The notes: generated from the letters alone by a model not told the origin. Positions 10,608 through 22,362 are shown, counted from the first letter of the stretch. The stretch is DNA of 47,215 nucleotides from Fusobacteriota bacterium (GCA_051746725.1 JBNJFI010000006.1:1-47215), one strand, 5' to 3'. Numbers and translations: made by a program.

Positions 10608-11795
10608 ATGGCAAAAGAAAAATTCGAAAGAGGAAAACCGCACGTAAATATTGGAACAATAGGACATGTTGACCATGGAAAAACAACAACAACAGCTGCA
10701 ATAACTAAAGTTTTATCAGACAAAGGGTTGTGTGACATCAAAGATTTTGCAGAAATTGATCACGCTCCAGAAGAAAAAGAAAGAGGAATAACAATAAATA
10801 CATCTCACGTTGAGTATGAAACTGAAAAAAGACATTATGCTCATGTTGATTGTCCAGGACATGCTGATTATGTAAAAAACATGATAACAGGTGCTGCACA
10901 AATGGATGGTGGAATATTAGTTGTATCTGCAGCTGATGGACCAATGCCTCAAACAAGAGAACATATATTACTTGCTAGACAAGTAGGGGTTCCTGCATTA
11001 GTTGTATTTATGAACAAAGTTGATATGGTGGAAGATGAAGAATTATTAGAATTAGTTGAAATGGAAATCAGAGAATTATTAACTGAATATGATTTTGATG
11101 GGGATGAAATAACTGTAGTTGCAGGATCTGCATTAAAAGCACTAGAAGGTGAACAAAAATATGTAGATGGTATCATGGAATTAATGGATGCTGTTGATGC
11201 TGACATACCAACTCCAGAAAGAGACACAGAAAAAGATTTCTTAATGCCTATAGAAGATGTATTTACAATAACAGGTAGAGGAACAGTTGTTACTGGAAGA
11301 ATCGAAAGTGGAGTTGTAAATGTTGGAGATGAAGTTGAAATAGTTGGTATAAAAGAAGATATACAAACTACAACTGTAACAGGTGTAGAAATGTTTAGAA
11401 AGCTTTTAGATAGAGGAGAAGCTGGAGATAACGTTGGAGCATTAATAAGAGGGATTAAAAAAGAAGAAGTAGAAAGAGGACAAGTACTAGCTAAACCTGG
11501 ATCTATAACTCCTCATACTGAATTTAAAGCAGAAGTTTATGTATTGAAAAAAGATGAAGGTGGAAGACATACTCCATTTTTCTCAGGATATAGACCACAG
11601 TTTTTCTTTAGAACTACAGATATAACTGGAAAAATAGAATTACCTGAAGGTGTAGAAATGGTAATGCCAGGAGATAACATAGAAATGGTTGGGAAATTAA
11701 TTCACCCTATCGCAATGCAAGAAGGTTTAAAATTTGCGATTAGAGAAGGTGGAAAGACTGTAGCGTCTGGTGTAGTAGCAAAAATAATTAAATAA
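10608..11795 (+). CDS. tuf: Elongation factor Tu
   Basis: 'GHVDHGKTT', 'DCPGHADY', 'NKVD'. Confidence 0.99.
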   Translation: MAKEKFERGKPHVNIGTIGHVDHGKTTTTAAITKVLSDKGLCDIKDFAEIDHAPEEKERGITINTSHVEYETEKRHYAHVDCPGHADYVKNMITGAAQMDGGILVVSAADGPMPQTREHILLARQVGVPALVVFMNKVDMVEDEELLELVEMEIRELLTEYDFDGDEITVVAGSALKALEGEQKYVDGIMELMDAVDADIPTPERDTEKDFLMPIEDVFTITGRGTVVTGRIESGVVNVGDEVEIVGIKEDIQTTTVTGVEMFRKLLDRGEAGDNVGALIRGIKKEEVERGQVLAKPGSITPHTEFKAEVYVLKKDEGGRHTPFFSGYRPQFFFRTTDITGKIELPEGVEMVMPGDNIEMVGKLIHPIAMQEGLKFAIREGGKTVASGVVAKIIK

Positions 11796-11803
11796 ATGAT
11801 ATA

Positions 11804-11835
11804 GACTAGTTAGTAGGTTTATCTACTAACTAGTC
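11804..11835 (+). terminator. 13-bp perfect hairpin between tuf and rpsJ (leaky terminator, attenuator or stabiliser)
   Basis: GACTAGTTAGTAG-GTTTAT-CTACTAACTAGTC, followed by a weak U-tract (AACTCTTT). Confidence 0.55.
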
Positions 11836-11877
11836 AACTCTTTAATACAACATGAGTAATAGGAGGTGTAATTCTTA

Positions 11878-12186
11878 GTGGAAGGAAAAATAAGAATATA
11901 TTTAAAATCATTTGATCATAAATTGTTAGATGAAGCTGCTAAAAAAATAGCTGAGAAGGCTAAAAAATCAGGAGCAAATATATCAGGGCCAATGCCTTTA
12001 CCAACAAAGAAAAAAATATATACTGTTTTGCGATCTGTGCATGTTAATAAAAAATCACGAGAGCAATTTGAAAAAAGAACACATAGAAGAATGATAGAAA
12101 TATTGAATTCAAGTCAAAAAACGATAGCTTCTCTAACATCTGTTAACTTACCATCAGGGGTAGGAATAGAAATTAGACAAGCGTAA
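11878..12186 (+). CDS. rpsJ: 30S ribosomal protein S10
   Basis: 'GPMPLPT', 'SREQFE'; GTG start. Confidence 0.98.
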   Translation: MEGKIRIYLKSFDHKLLDEAAKKIAEKAKKSGANISGPMPLPTKKKIYTVLRSVHVNKKSREQFEKRTHRRMIEILNSSQKTIASLTSVNLPSGVGIEIRQA

Positions 12187-12231
12187 TATAAGTTGGCTTA
12201 TGTTCAACCAATATATTATGGAGGTGCAAGA

Positions 12232-12858
12232 ATGTTAGGAATTTTAGCAAAAAAAGTAGGAATGACACAAATATTTGAAGAAGGTAAAGAGATCCCAGTA
12301 ACTGTTGTAGAGGTTGGAGAAAATGTTATTCTTCAAAAAAAGACAGAAGATAAAGATGGATATACAGCTTTACAATTAGGATTTGATGAGAAAAAAGAGA
12401 AAAATACAAAGGATCCATTAAAAGGGATTTTCAAAAAAGCTGGTGTAAAACCACAAAGATTTATAAAAGAATTTAAAGTTGACTCTGTTGAAGAATATGA
12501 ATTAGGACAAGCATTAAAGGCAGATATACTAGAAGGAAATGAATATGTTGATGTTACAGGAACATCTAAAGGAAAAGGGTTCCAAGGGACGATTAAACGA
12601 CATAACTTTTCAAAACAACCAGCAACACATGGTGCTCATAATGTCCACAGAAAACCTGGTTCTATAGGACAAAGTGCTACTCCTTCTGAAGTCATGAAAG
12701 GTATGAAAATGGCTGGAAGAATGGGTGGAGATAGAGTAACAGTTCAGAATTTAAAATTAGTAAAAATAGATTTAGATAAAAATATATTATTAGTTAAAGG
12801 GGCAGTTCCTGGAGCTAAAAATGGATACATAGAAATAAAACCAGCAATAAAAAAATAA
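12232..12858 (+). CDS. rplC: 50S ribosomal protein L3
   Basis: 'KKVGMTQIF', 'SKGKGFQG'; ATG 12232 after GGAGGTG. Confidence 0.98.
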   Translation: MLGILAKKVGMTQIFEEGKEIPVTVVEVGENVILQKKTEDKDGYTALQLGFDEKKEKNTKDPLKGIFKKAGVKPQRFIKEFKVDSVEEYELGQALKADILEGNEYVDVTGTSKGKGFQGTIKRHNFSKQPATHGAHNVHRKPGSIGQSATPSEVMKGMKMAGRMGGDRVTVQNLKLVKIDLDKNILLVKGAVPGAKNGYIEIKPAIKK

Positions 12859-12883
12859 ATTTGGTAAGGAAGGAGGCTAACAG

Positions 12884-13516
12884 ATGCCAAAGTTAAATGT
12901 ATATGATATGAATGGAAAGAGCATAGATGAGATAGCAGTTAATGAAGATATATTTGGGATAGAACCAAATAAAGCAGTATTACATGAAGTAATGGTTGCG
13001 GAATTGGCTGCAAGAAGAAGTGGAACAGCTTCTACTAAGACAAGAGCAATGGTTCGTGGAGGTGGAAGAAAACCTTGGCGACAAAAAGGAACAGGTAGAG
13101 CAAGAGCAGGATCAAATACTTCACCTATTTGGGTTGGAGGAGGAGTTACTTTTGGACCTCATCCAAGATCTTATAAGAAAAAGGTTAATAAAAAAGTTAG
13201 AAAATTAGCTATAAAATCGGCATTATCTGAAAAAGTTAATGAGGGGAACGTAATTATAGTGGATGAATTTAATTTTGATAACCCAAAAACAAAAAAGATG
13301 GCAGACTTCAATAAAGCAGTTGAAGCTAGTAAGCCATTATTAATCATAAATGATTTATTAGAAGATAAAGATTGGATAACATATCTATCTGCTAGAAATA
13401 TTAAAGATCAAATGATACTTCAAGTTAATGAGTTAGAAGTACATGGACTATTAAAACAAAACAAAGTAGTTATTACCAAAAAAGCACTGGAAGAGATTGA
13501 GGAGGTGCTAGGATAA
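12884..13516 (+). CDS. rplD: 50S ribosomal protein L4
   Basis: '[14 protein letters not shown]'. Confidence 0.98.
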   Translation: MPKLNVYDMNGKSIDEIAVNEDIFGIEPNKAVLHEVMVAELAARRSGTASTKTRAMVRGGGRKPWRQKGTGRARAGSNTSPIWVGGGVTFGPHPRSYKKKVNKKVRKLAIKSALSEKVNEGNVIIVDEFNFDNPKTKKMADFNKAVEASKPLLIINDLLEDKDWITYLSARNIKDQMILQVNELEVHGLLKQNKVVITKKALEEIEEVLG

Positions 13517-13807
13517 ATGAAAAATTTATATGATGTAATTAAAAAACCTGTAGTCACTGAAAAAAGTGAACTTTTAAGAATGAATGAAAATAAATACACT
13601 TTTGAAGTGGATAAAAAGGCTAATAAATATGACGTAAAAACTGCTGTAGAAAAAGCATTTGATGTTTCAGTAGATAAGGTGAATACTATGAGAACAAAAT
13701 CTAAAGTCAAAAGACATGGAGCTACACTTTATAGAACAGCAGAAGTAAAAAAAGCTATAGTTAAATTGAAAGATGGAGAAGAAATAACATATTACGAAAA
13801 TGTATAA
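13517..13807 (+). CDS. rplW: 50S ribosomal protein L23
   Basis: 'PVVTEKS', 'KKAIVKL'; operon order. Confidence 0.97.
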   Translation: MKNLYDVIKKPVVTEKSELLRMNENKYTFEVDKKANKYDVKTAVEKAFDVSVDKVNTMRTKSKVKRHGATLYRTAEVKKAIVKLKDGEEITYYENV

Positions 13808-13828
13808 ATAAAGGAATGGAGGTAAACA

Positions 13829-14662
13829 ATGCCAATTAAGAAAATGAAACCGAATACTAATGGAACTAGACACATGTCTAGATTAGTAAACGATAAACTT
13901 GATAAAAAAAGACCTGAAAAAAGCCTTACGGTTCCATTGAAAGCTGCTTATGGACGAGATAATTATGGACATAGAACAGCTGTAAATAAATGTAAAGGTC
14001 ATAAGAGGTTATATAGACTAATTGATTTTAAAAGAGACAAATTTGATGTTCCAGCAAAAGTAGCTTCTATTGAATATGATCCAAATAGAACTTCTAATAT
14101 AGCACTTTTGGTTTATGCTGATGGAGAGAAAAGATATATACTTGCTCCTAAAGGTTTAGAAAAAGGGGATACAGTAATATCTAGTGCAAAAGCTGAAATA
14201 AAACCGGGGAATGCAATGAAATTAAAAGATTTACCTGTGGGAACTAGAATTCATAATATTGAATTAGAACCTGGAAAAGGTGGACAAGTTGCTAGATCTG
14301 CTGGTGTTTTTGGAAGATTAATATCAAAAGAAGGTAAGTATTGTCATGTTGCAATGCCATCGTCAGAATTAAGATTAATTAGTAAAGAATGTATGGCGAC
14401 AATAGGTATAATAGGAAATGAAGAGCATGAAAATATAAGTCTAGGTAAAGCTGGTAGAGGTAGAAATAAAGGTAGAAAACCACATGTTAGAGGATCAGCA
14501 AAAAACCCTGTAGACCATCCACATGGTGGAGGAGAAGGAAGAGGATCTATAGGACGACCACCAGTAACTCCATGGGGGAAACCAACTTTAGGTAAGAAAA
14601 CAAGAAAAAGAAAACAAAGTGATAAGTTTATAGTAAGAAGAAGAAAAACAAAACGAAGATAA
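13829..14662 (+). CDS. rplB: 50S ribosomal protein L2
   Basis: 'EYDPNR', '[12 protein letters not shown]'. Confidence 0.99.
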   Translation: MPIKKMKPNTNGTRHMSRLVNDKLDKKRPEKSLTVPLKAAYGRDNYGHRTAVNKCKGHKRLYRLIDFKRDKFDVPAKVASIEYDPNRTSNIALLVYADGEKRYILAPKGLEKGDTVISSAKAEIKPGNAMKLKDLPVGTRIHNIELEPGKGGQVARSAGVFGRLISKEGKYCHVAMPSSELRLISKECMATIGIIGNEEHENISLGKAGRGRNKGRKPHVRGSAKNPVDHPHGGGEGRGSIGRPPVTPWGKPTLGKKTRKRKQSDKFIVRRRKTKRR

Positions 14663-14672
14663 GGGGGAAAAA

Positions 14673-14951
14673 ATGGCTAGATCATTAAAAAAAGGGCCTT
14701 TTGTCGATGACCATTTAATGAAAAAAGTTGAGAAGGCGACTGATAAAAATACAGTTATTAAGACTTGGTCAAGAAGATCAACAATATTTCCTCAATTTAT
14801 AGGATATACATTTGGGGTATATAATGGAAGAAAACATGTTCCAGTTCATGTAACTGAAGAAATGGTAGGGCATAAACTAGGTGAGTTTGCTAAAACCAGA
14901 ACATTTAGAAAACATGGAGAAATTGGAGCTAAGTTAGAAGAAGAATTTTAG
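14673..14951 (+). CDS. rpsS: 30S ribosomal protein S19
   Basis: '[10 protein letters not shown]', 'MVGHKLGEF'. Confidence 0.99.
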   Translation: MARSLKKGPFVDDHLMKKVEKATDKNTVIKTWSRRSTIFPQFIGYTFGVYNGRKHVPVHVTEEMVGHKLGEFAKTRTFRKHGEIGAKLEEEF

Positions 14952-14967
14952 AGAGGAGGATCAATAA

Positions 14968-15312
14968 GTGGAAGCAGTAGCAAAAGCAAAAAATTTGAGA
15001 TTAACTCCTAGAAAAGCAAGACTTGTTGTTGATTTAGTAAGAGGTAAGGATGTCAATGAAGCTTTAGACATATTAAATTTTACTAACAAAAAAGCAGCAA
15101 AACATGTATATAAAGTTTTAAGATCTGCTATAGCAAATGCAATAAATAATTTTGATATGGATGAGGAAAAATTATTTGTTTCACAGATATGGGTAGATGA
15201 GGGGTCTCATTTAAAAAGAATAAAACCAAGAGCGATGGGAAGAGCTGATAGGATATTAAAAAGAATAAGTCATATAACAGTATATGTAAGTGACGAAAAG
15301 AAGGAGGGTTAA
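14968..15312 (+). CDS. rplV: 50S ribosomal protein L22
   Basis: '[13 protein letters not shown]', 'PRAMGRA'; GTG start. Confidence 0.98.
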   Translation: MEAVAKAKNLRLTPRKARLVVDLVRGKDVNEALDILNFTNKKAAKHVYKVLRSAIANAINNFDMDEEKLFVSQIWVDEGSHLKRIKPRAMGRADRILKRISHITVYVSDEKKEG

Positions 15313-15316
15313 TTAA

Positions 15317-15973
15317 GTGGGTCAAAAAGTAAATCCAACCGGGATACGATTAGGAATAACAAAATCTTGGGACTCTAATTGGTATGCAGATGATAAGCAG
15401 TATGCTGATTATTTCCATGAAGATTTAAAAATAAAGAAAAAAATCAAAGCTGATTATTATCATGCAGGGATTGCTAGAATGGTAATTGAAAGAACTTCTC
15501 CAACTAAAGTTGTAGTAATTGTACATACTGCTAAACCTGGAATAGTTATAGGAAGAAAAGGTTCTGAAATAAAGGCTTTAAAATCTGAATTAGAAGAATT
15601 AACAGGAAAGAAAATCTTAATAAAAGTTCAAGAGGTTAAAAATCCTAATAATAATGCTCAATTAGTAGCAGAAAATATAGCAAGAGCAATAGAAAATAGA
15701 ATCTCATATAAAAGAGCAATGAATCAAGCAATGAGAAGAGCTGAAAGATCTGGAGCAAAAGGAGTTAAAGTTGCTGTATCTGGACGATTAAATGGAGCAG
15801 AAATGGCAAGAGAGTATTGGGAAGCCTCTGGAAGAGTACCTTTACATACTTTAAGAGCAGATATAGATTATGCATTTACAGAAGCCAACACTAAATATGG
15901 AACTATAGGTGTAAAAGTATGGTTATTTCATAAGGAAGTTCTTCCAACGAAGAAGGAAGGAGGAAAAGCGTAA
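15317..15973 (+). CDS. rpsC: 30S ribosomal protein S3
   Basis: 'GQKVNP', '[12 protein letters not shown]'; GTG start. Confidence 0.99.
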   Translation: MGQKVNPTGIRLGITKSWDSNWYADDKQYADYFHEDLKIKKKIKADYYHAGIARMVIERTSPTKVVVIVHTAKPGIVIGRKGSEIKALKSELEELTGKKILIKVQEVKNPNNNAQLVAENIARAIENRISYKRAMNQAMRRAERSGAKGVKVAVSGRLNGAEMAREYWEASGRVPLHTLRADIDYAFTEANTKYGTIGVKVWLFHKEVLPTKKEGGKA

Positions 15974-16404
15974 TGTTAGTACCTACTAAATCAAAATATA
16001 GAAAACAAATGAGAGGTAGACTTAAAGGTAGAGCACGAAGAGGGAATACCGTAACTATTGGAGAATTTGGAATGCAAGCTGCCGAGCCTCATTGGTTAAC
16101 AAATAGACAGATAGAAGCAGCAAGGGTAGTTATGAATAGGGTTTTTAAAAGAGAAGGAAAGATACATTTGAGATCTTTTCCTAATAAACCTGTAACAAAG
16201 CAACCAGCTGAAACTCGAATGGGTAAAGGTAAAGGTAATGTTGAAGAATGGGTAACAGTTGTTAGACCAGGGAGAATAATATTTGAAATTTCTGGTGTTT
16301 CAGAGGAAAAAGCCAAAAGAGCTGTAAAAAAAGCAAGTTATAAACTACCTATTGATGTTAAATTTGTAAAAAGAGAAAATGGTGGTGATGTTAATGAAAG
16401 CTAA
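15973..16404 (+). CDS. rplP: 50S ribosomal protein L16
   Basis: 'QIEAAR', 'ETRMGKGKG'. Confidence 0.98.
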   Translation: MLVPTKSKYRKQMRGRLKGRARRGNTVTIGEFGMQAAEPHWLTNRQIEAARVVMNRVFKREGKIHLRSFPNKPVTKQPAETRMGKGKGNVEEWVTVVRPGRIIFEISGVSEEKAKRAVKKASYKLPIDVKFVKRENGGDVNES

Positions 16405-16588
16405 TGAATTGCGAGAATTAAACAATGAAGAGTTAAATGCTAAAGAGAAAGACTTAAAAGAAGAGTTATTTAACCTTAAATTTCAATTATCTTTAGGTCA
16501 ATTAGAAAATGCATCTAGAGTAAAAGAAATAAAAAAAGATGTAGCAAGAATTAAGACTATTTTAACAGAACGTGAATTGGCTGAATGA
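16394..16588 (+). CDS. rpmC: 50S ribosomal protein L29
   Basis: '[10 protein letters not shown]', 'ARIKTIL'; ATG 16394. Confidence 0.97.
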   Translation: MKANELRELNNEELNAKEKDLKEELFNLKFQLSLGQLENASRVKEIKKDVARIKTILTERELAE

Positions 16589-16601
16589 AGGAGGGAAATT
16601 C

Positions 16602-16856
16602 ATGGAAAGAAAAGAACGAAAAGTTAGGGAAGCATTAGTAGTGTCAGCTAAAATGGATAAAACTGTTGTAGTTGCATTGGAAAAAATGGAAATGCACCCT
16701 TTATATAAAAAAAGAGTAAAAAAGACTAAGAAATATAAGGTACATGATGAAGAAAATAGATGTAACGCTGGAGATAAAGTAAAAATAATGGAAACACGAC
16801 CACTTAGTAAGCAAAAAAGATGGAGAGTAATCGACATCATAGAGAAAGCTAAGTAG
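16602..16856 (+). CDS. rpsQ: 30S ribosomal protein S17
   Basis: 'KMDKTVVV', 'HPLYKK', 'ETRPLSK'; ATG 16602. Confidence 0.98.
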   Translation: MERKERKVREALVVSAKMDKTVVVALEKMEMHPLYKKRVKKTKKYKVHDEENRCNAGDKVKIMETRPLSKQKRWRVIDIIEKAK

Positions 16857-16880
16857 TTTGAGAGAGGAGGAAAAGCGAAG

Positions 16881-17252
16881 ATGATACAACAAGAAAGTGT
16901 ATTAAAAGTTGCCGATAACTCTGGAGCAAAAAAGGTTAAATGTATTAGAGTATTAGGTGGGTCTAAAAGAAAGTTTGGTAGTGTTGGGGACATTATAGTA
17001 GGAAGTGTTCAAGAAGCAATTTCCAATGGTACTGTTAAAAGAGGACAAGTAGTTAAAGGTGTTGTTGTTCGAACTAAAAAAGAAGTTCGAAGAGATGATG
17101 GATCTTATATCAGATTTGATGATAATGCTTTAGTTATTATAGAAGATGAAACAGATAATATGGTGGGAACTAGAATTTTTGGTCCTATAGCAAGAGAACT
17201 TAGAAATAAAGGTTTCATGAAAATAATTTCGCTTGCACCAGAAGTATTATAG
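16881..17252 (+). CDS. rplN: 50S ribosomal protein L14
   Basis: 'VADNSGAK', 'GTRIFGP', 'SLAPEVL'. Confidence 0.99.
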   Translation: MIQQESVLKVADNSGAKKVKCIRVLGGSKRKFGSVGDIIVGSVQEAISNGTVKRGQVVKGVVVRTKKEVRRDDGSYIRFDDNALVIIEDETDNMVGTRIFGPIARELRNKGFMKIISLAPEVL

Positions 17253-17265
17253 GAAGGAGAAAAAA

Positions 17266-17610
17266 TTGAAAAAGCCTAAAATTAAAGATATTCCAAATAA
17301 GATACATGTCAAAAAAGGAGATATGGTAAAAGTTATCTCTGGAAATGATAAAGGAAAAACTGGTAAAGTAATAAAAGTTATACCTAAAAAGGGAAAAGTA
17401 GTTGTGGATGGTATAAATATAGTTAAGAAGCATTTAAAGCCAACTCAAATGAACCCACAAGGAGGAGTTGTAGAAAAACCAGCTCCATTCTATTCTTCAA
17501 ATGTTATGTTGTTCTGCGAAAGTTGCGGAAAGGCAACTAGAGTAGGAAAGAAAATATTAGAAGATGGTTCAAAAGTTAGAGAATGCAAAAAATGTGGAGA
17601 AGTCTTATAA
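17266..17610 (+). CDS. rplX: 50S ribosomal protein L24
   Basis: KOW motif '[16 protein letters not shown]'; TTG 17266 after GGAAGGAG. Confidence 0.96.
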   Translation: MKKPKIKDIPNKIHVKKGDMVKVISGNDKGKTGKVIKVIPKKGKVVVDGINIVKKHLKPTQMNPQGGVVEKPAPFYSSNVMLFCESCGKATRVGKKILEDGSKVRECKKCGEVL

Positions 17611-17627
17611 GAAAGGAGGACTTACAA

Positions 17628-18182
17628 TTGTCTGAAAAAATAAAAACAAGATTAAAGAAAAAATATAAAGAAGAAATAGTACCTGCATTAATGAAAAAAT
17701 TAGGATTAGGGAATATAATGGAAGTTCCTAAAGTGGAGAAAATAGTTTTAAATATGGGAGTAGGAGAAGCTACTCAGAATCCAAAGTTAATAGATTTAGC
17801 TGTAGCTGATATGGCAACAATTACTGGTATGAAGCCAATTGTTAGAAAAGCAAAAAAATCAGAAGCTGGATTCAAACTTAGAAAAGGTGAGCCTATTGGA
17901 GTAAAAGCAACTTTACGTGGAGCTAAAATGTATGAATTTTTAGATAGATTAATATCAGTGGCTTTGCCAAGGGTTAAAGATTTTGAAGGAGTTTCAGATA
18001 AATCTTTTGATGGTCGTGGAAATTATTCATTAGGAATTAGAGAGCAAATGATGTTTCCTGAAATTGAATATGATAAAGTTGAAAAAATATTTGGTATGAC
18101 TATAACAATAGTTACATCTGCTGAAACAGATGAATCATCTAAAGCTTTATTAGGTGAATTTGGTATGCCGTTTAAAAAGTAA
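17628..18182 (+). CDS. rplE: 50S ribosomal protein L5
   Basis: 'KIVLNMGVG', 'FDGRGNY'; TTG 17628 after AGGAGG. Confidence 0.97.
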   Translation: MSEKIKTRLKKKYKEEIVPALMKKLGLGNIMEVPKVEKIVLNMGVGEATQNPKLIDLAVADMATITGMKPIVRKAKKSEAGFKLRKGEPIGVKATLRGAKMYEFLDRLISVALPRVKDFEGVSDKSFDGRGNYSLGIREQMMFPEIEYDKVEKIFGMTITIVTSAETDESSKALLGEFGMPFKK

Positions 18183-18192
18183 GGAGGATAGA

Positions 18193-18375
18193 ATGGCAAA
18201 AAAATCAATGTTAGAAAAGAATGAAAAAAAAGAAGGAACACTTCAACATAGAAATAGATGTAAAATATGTGGAAGACCTAGAGGATATATGAGAGAGTTT
18301 GAAATATGTAGAGTGTGTTTTAGAGAATTAGCTTCAAATGGTGAGATACCAGGAGTTAAAAAAGCAAGTTGGTAA
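18193..18375 (+). CDS. rpsZ: 30S ribosomal protein S14, short zinc-binding type
   Basis: 60 aa; 'RCKICGRPR...ICRVCFRE...GVKKASW'. Confidence 0.96.
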   Translation: MAKKSMLEKNEKKEGTLQHRNRCKICGRPRGYMREFEICRVCFRELASNGEIPGVKKASW

Positions 18376-18399
18376 AAACCGAGAGGGGGAAATTATAAA

Positions 18400-18798
18400 A
18401 TGAATGTAACAGATCCAATAGCAGACATGTTAACAAGATTGAGAAATGGAAATGCTGAAAAACATAAAAAAGTTGATATACCTTTCTCAAATGAAAAAGA
18501 AGGATTAGCTAAACTTTTAAAAGAAGAAGGGTATATATTAAATTATAAGGCATTAAAAAAAGGAAACAAAAAAGATCTTAGAGTATATTTAAAATATACT
18601 AGAGATGACAAAAGAGTACTAAAAGGAATAAAAAGAATATCTAAACCTGGACGAAGAGTTTATACAGGAGTAGATGAAATGCCAAGAGTATTAGGTGGAT
18701 TAGGAGTAGCAGCTATCTCAACTTCCAAAGGGATTTTAGCGGACAGAGTATGTAGAAAGCAAAATGTCGGTGGAGAAGTACTGTGCTACGTTTGGTAA
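18400..18798 (+). CDS. rpsH: 30S ribosomal protein S8
   Basis: 'DPIADMLTR', 'ISKPGRRVY', 'GGEVLCYVW'. Confidence 0.99.
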   Translation: MNVTDPIADMLTRLRNGNAEKHKKVDIPFSNEKEGLAKLLKEEGYILNYKALKKGNKKDLRVYLKYTRDDKRVLKGIKRISKPGRRVYTGVDEMPRVLGGLGVAAISTSKGILADRVCRKQNVGGEVLCYVW

Positions 18799-18822
18799 AA
18801 AAGTAAAATAGGAGGTGAAATT

Positions 18823-19359
18823 ATGTCAAGAATAGGTGTAAGGCCCATTGAAGTTCCTGAAGGAGTTAATGTTACTGTAGATGCAATGAATAATGTAACA
18901 GTTAAAGGAAAAAAAGGAACTTTGAAGGATAAATTTAGTGCAGATATAGAGATTAATCAAGAGAATAATGAACTATTGGTTACTACAAAAGTAAACACCA
19001 AAAAAGCAAATATGTTGCATGGGACTACGAGAGCTTTATTAGCAAATATGGTAAACGGAGTTACAGATGGGTTCCATAAAAACTTGGAGTTAAGAGGTGT
19101 TGGGTATAGAGTTAAAACTAAAGGTAAAGGTTTAGAATTATCTCTAGGATTTTCACATCCAGTTATAATAGATCCAGTGGATGGGATTGATTTCACTGTT
19201 GAAGGAAATAATAAAATAACAGTTAGCGGTATAGATAAAGGATTAGTTGGTCAAGTTGCAGCTAATATTAGAGAACATAGACCTCCAGAACCTTATCAAG
19301 GTAAAGGGGTTCGATATGAAGGTGAATATGTTATAAGAAAAGAAGGAAAACAAGCTTAG
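18823..19359 (+). CDS. rplF: 50S ribosomal protein L6
   Basis: 'MSRIG', 'LGFSHP', 'PEPYQGKG'. Confidence 0.99.
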   Translation: MSRIGVRPIEVPEGVNVTVDAMNNVTVKGKKGTLKDKFSADIEINQENNELLVTTKVNTKKANMLHGTTRALLANMVNGVTDGFHKNLELRGVGYRVKTKGKGLELSLGFSHPVIIDPVDGIDFTVEGNNKITVSGIDKGLVGQVAANIREHRPPEPYQGKGVRYEGEYVIRKEGKQA

Positions 19360-19376
19360 GTAAAGGGGTGAATTAA

Positions 19377-19745
19377 GTGTTTAAGAAAATAGATAGAAGA
19401 GCAAGTCGGAAGCGAAAGCATCTGCGACATAAGGATAGCGTAAGAGGAACCTCTGAAAGACCTAGAATATCTGTATTTAGAAGTGCTAAAAATATATATG
19501 CGCAGATAATTGATGATAAAAAAGGGATAACATTGGTTTCGGCTTCTACTGTTGATAAAGAATTATCAGCTAATGTAGAAAATGGTGGTAATATTGAAGC
19601 AGCTAAATTAGTTGGTTCTAAGTTGGCTGAAAGAGCATTAAAAAAGGATATTGAAACTGTGGTTTTTGACAAAAGTGGATATCTTTATACAGGAAGAATC
19701 CAAGCTTTAGCTGATGCAGCTAGAGAAGCTGGATTAAAATTTTAA
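19377..19745 (+). CDS. rplR: 50S ribosomal protein L18
   Basis: 'RPRISVFRS', 'IYAQIIDD', 'AREAGLKF'; GTG start. Confidence 0.98.
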   Translation: MFKKIDRRASRKRKHLRHKDSVRGTSERPRISVFRSAKNIYAQIIDDKKGITLVSASTVDKELSANVENGGNIEAAKLVGSKLAERALKKDIETVVFDKSGYLYTGRIQALADAAREAGLKF

Positions 19746-19763
19746 TAAAAAGGAGGTAAAGGA

Positions 19764-20267
19764 TTGAGAAAAAATAATAGAACTCCTAAGAAAAAGTTTG
19801 ATGAAAAGGTAATAGATATAAAAAGAGTTGCAACTACTACAAAAGGTGGACGATCTATTAGCTTTACTGCTATGGCAGCAATAGGAGATAAAAAAGGAAA
19901 AATTGGCTTAGGATATGGAAAAGCCAATGGAGTTCCAGATGCTATAAAAAAAGCTATTACGGATGCTGAGAAAAACATTGTTGAAATTACTAGAAAAGGG
20001 ACGACAATACCGCATGCTGTAGATGGTAAATTTTGTTCAAGTAAAGTAATATTGAGACCAGCTTCTGAAGGTACCGGAGTTATAGCTGGTTCTGCAGTTC
20101 GTGATATTATTGAATTGTCAGGTGTTAATGATATTTTGACAAAAATAGTTGGTAACAAAAATAAATTAAATGTTGCCAAGGCAACTTTACAAGGATTAAT
20201 GGAACTGAGATCTCCAGAAGAAATAGCTAAGATAAGAGGAAAAAAAGTAGAAGAAATATTAAGCTAG
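19764..20267 (+). CDS. rpsE: 30S ribosomal protein S5
   Basis: 'KGGR', 'PASEGTGVIAG'; TTG start. Confidence 0.98.
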   Translation: MRKNNRTPKKKFDEKVIDIKRVATTTKGGRSISFTAMAAIGDKKGKIGLGYGKANGVPDAIKKAITDAEKNIVEITRKGTTIPHAVDGKFCSSKVILRPASEGTGVIAGSAVRDIIELSGVNDILTKIVGNKNKLNVAKATLQGLMELRSPEEIAKIRGKKVEEILS

Positions 20268-20278
20268 GAGGCAAGCAA

Positions 20279-20461
20279 ATGGCGAAAGAGGTAAAAATAA
20301 AGTTAGTTAAAAGTCTTATAGGTAGACATCCAAAACATGTAAGAACATTAAAAAGTTTAGGGCTAACAAAAATAGGAAAAACGGTAACTAAGAAAGCAAC
20401 AGATGATATTTTAGGAAAAACTAATCAAGTATCATATATGGTAGAGGTTGAGGAGGTGTAA
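20279..20461 (+). CDS. rpmD: 50S ribosomal protein L30
   Basis: 'LVKSLIG', 'TLKSLGL'; operon order. Confidence 0.96.
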   Translation: MAKEVKIKLVKSLIGRHPKHVRTLKSLGLTKIGKTVTKKATDDILGKTNQVSYMVEVEEV

Positions 20462-20464
20462 AGA

Positions 20465-20911
20465 TTGAATTTAAATGAATTATCACCAGCTCCAGGTTCT
20501 AAAAAGAATCGAAAGAGAGTGGGAAGAGGAGATTCTTCTGGATGGGGAAAGACATCTGCAAAAGGACATAATGGACAAAAATCTAGATCTGGTAAATATC
20601 TAAAGCCATTTTTTGAAGGTGGACAAACGTCTTTAATAAAACGAATTCCAAAAAGAGGATTTTCTAATGCAAGATTCAAAAAAGATTTTGCAATAGTTAA
20701 TCTTGATACCTTAGAAACAAGATTTGAAGATGGTGCAACGATAACTCCAGATAGTCTGTTAGAAAATGGAGCAATAAAAAAATTAAAAAGTGGTTTAAAG
20801 ATTTTAGGAAAAGGTGAAGTTACAAAGAAATTTGTTGTAAAAACAAATAAAATTTCGTCTTCTGCAAAAGATAAGATAACTGCAGCAGGCGGAACAGTTG
20901 AGGTGATTTAA
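20465..20911 (+). CDS. rplO: 50S ribosomal protein L15
   Basis: 'RVGRG', 'FEGGQT', 'RIPKRGF'; TTG start. Confidence 0.98.
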   Translation: MNLNELSPAPGSKKNRKRVGRGDSSGWGKTSAKGHNGQKSRSGKYLKPFFEGGQTSLIKRIPKRGFSNARFKKDFAIVNLDTLETRFEDGATITPDSLLENGAIKKLKSGLKILGKGEVTKKFVVKTNKISSSAKDKITAAGGTVEVI

Positions 20912-22200
20912 TGTCAGAATCAATGGGGGCAACGTTAAAAAATAAGCTTCAAAACATTAATAAATTACCCAATTTAAAAAAGAAGATTTTTTATACATTA
21001 GCAATGTTCTTAGTAGCTAGAATTGGAACTCATATTCCTTCACCAGGGGTTGACATAGCTCGATTATCTGAAATGGTTAATACAAATGATATATTGGGTT
21101 TTATAAATATGTTCTCTGGAGGAGCATTTACTAGAGTTTCAATATTTGCTTTAGGGGTAATGCCGTATATTAACGCATCAATTGTTATGCAACTTCTTAC
21201 GGTTATAATACCAAAATTAGAGCAGATGCAAAAAGAAGGAGAAAATGAAAGACAAAAGATAACTCAATGGACTAGGTATTTAACGATTGTAATTGGAGTA
21301 GTACAAGGATTCGGTGTGAGTATGTGGCTTCAATCAATGGGGTTAGTAAAAAATCCTGGAATTTTGTTTATCTTTACAACAGTAACTATATTGACTGCAG
21401 GAACTGTATTTTTGATGTGGCTAGGAGAACAGATAACTGTTAATGGAATAGGAAATGGAATTTCACTTATAATATTTTTGAATATTATATCTCGAATGCC
21501 TGCTGGAATAATTCAAACAGTTCAGAAGATTTCTGGAGATCAATTTTTTATTGTTAAGGCAGTTTTCTTGATTGCATTGGCACTTGCACTTTTTGCTTTT
21601 ATAGTAATGTTTCAAATGGCGCAAAGAAAAATACCTATTCAGTATGCTGGAAAAGGTTTTGGAGGTAAAAACTCTGTAGCATCTAAGACTTATTTACCTT
21701 TAAGAATAAATACAGCTGGAGTAATACCAGTAATATTTGCATCTGTTTTGTTAACATTACCAGGAATGCTTATAAATGCATTGCCAACTTCAGATATGCA
21801 AGTTATATTAAGTAGAATATTTAGTACAACTCATCCGATATATTTAACTTTATATGGGTTATTAATTATATTCTTTACATTTTTCTATACAGCAATAATG
21901 TTTGATCCTGAAAAAGTCTCTGAAAATTTAAAGAAAAGTGGAGGGACAATTCCGGGAATTAGACCAGGAGAAGAAACAATTCAATATCTAGAAAAAGTTG
22001 TAACTAGAATAACATTTGGTGGAGCGCTTTTTTTAGCAGCAGTTGCTATAGTTCCTATGGTCATATTTGGGATGTTTGATGTGCCTGTATTTTTAAGTGG
22101 GACTGGACTATTAATAATGGTTGGTGTCGCACTAGATACTGTACAACAATTAAATTCACATTTAGTAATGAGAGACTATGAAGGGTTTATTTCAAAATAG
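20911..22200 (+). CDS. secY: Preprotein translocase subunit SecY
   Basis: 'SIFALGVMPYINASI', 'GIGNGISL', 'IPGIRPG'. Confidence 0.99.
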   Translation: MSESMGATLKNKLQNINKLPNLKKKIFYTLAMFLVARIGTHIPSPGVDIARLSEMVNTNDILGFINMFSGGAFTRVSIFALGVMPYINASIVMQLLTVIIPKLEQMQKEGENERQKITQWTRYLTIVIGVVQGFGVSMWLQSMGLVKNPGILFIFTTVTILTAGTVFLMWLGEQITVNGIGNGISLIIFLNIISRMPAGIIQTVQKISGDQFFIVKAVFLIALALALFAFIVMFQMAQRKIPIQYAGKGFGGKNSVASKTYLPLRINTAGVIPVIFASVLLTLPGMLINALPTSDMQVILSRIFSTTHPIYLTLYGLLIIFFTFFYTAIMFDPEKVSENLKKSGGTIPGIRPGEETIQYLEKVVTRITFGGALFLAAVAIVPMVIFGMFDVPVFLSGTGLLIMVGVALDTVQQLNSHLVMRDYEGFISK

Positions 22201-22244
22201 TTTCTGGAATTAGATAATTGGATTTTTGGCATTAATAAATAAAT

Positions 22245-22281
22245 GGAAGAACAGTTTGGTATAAAACCCAAACTGTTTTCC
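22245..22281 (+). terminator. Long hairpin between secY and adk
   Basis: GGAAGAACAGTTTGG-loop-CCAAACTGTTTTCC (14 bp, one bulge); no clear U-tract. Confidence 0.45.
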
Positions 22282-22362
22282 GGTCTAAATAGCATTTAAA
22301 TTCATAAAAAATGGGTAAAAAATTTTTATTTATCTTTTATAAATTTAAGGAAAGGGTGTAAA

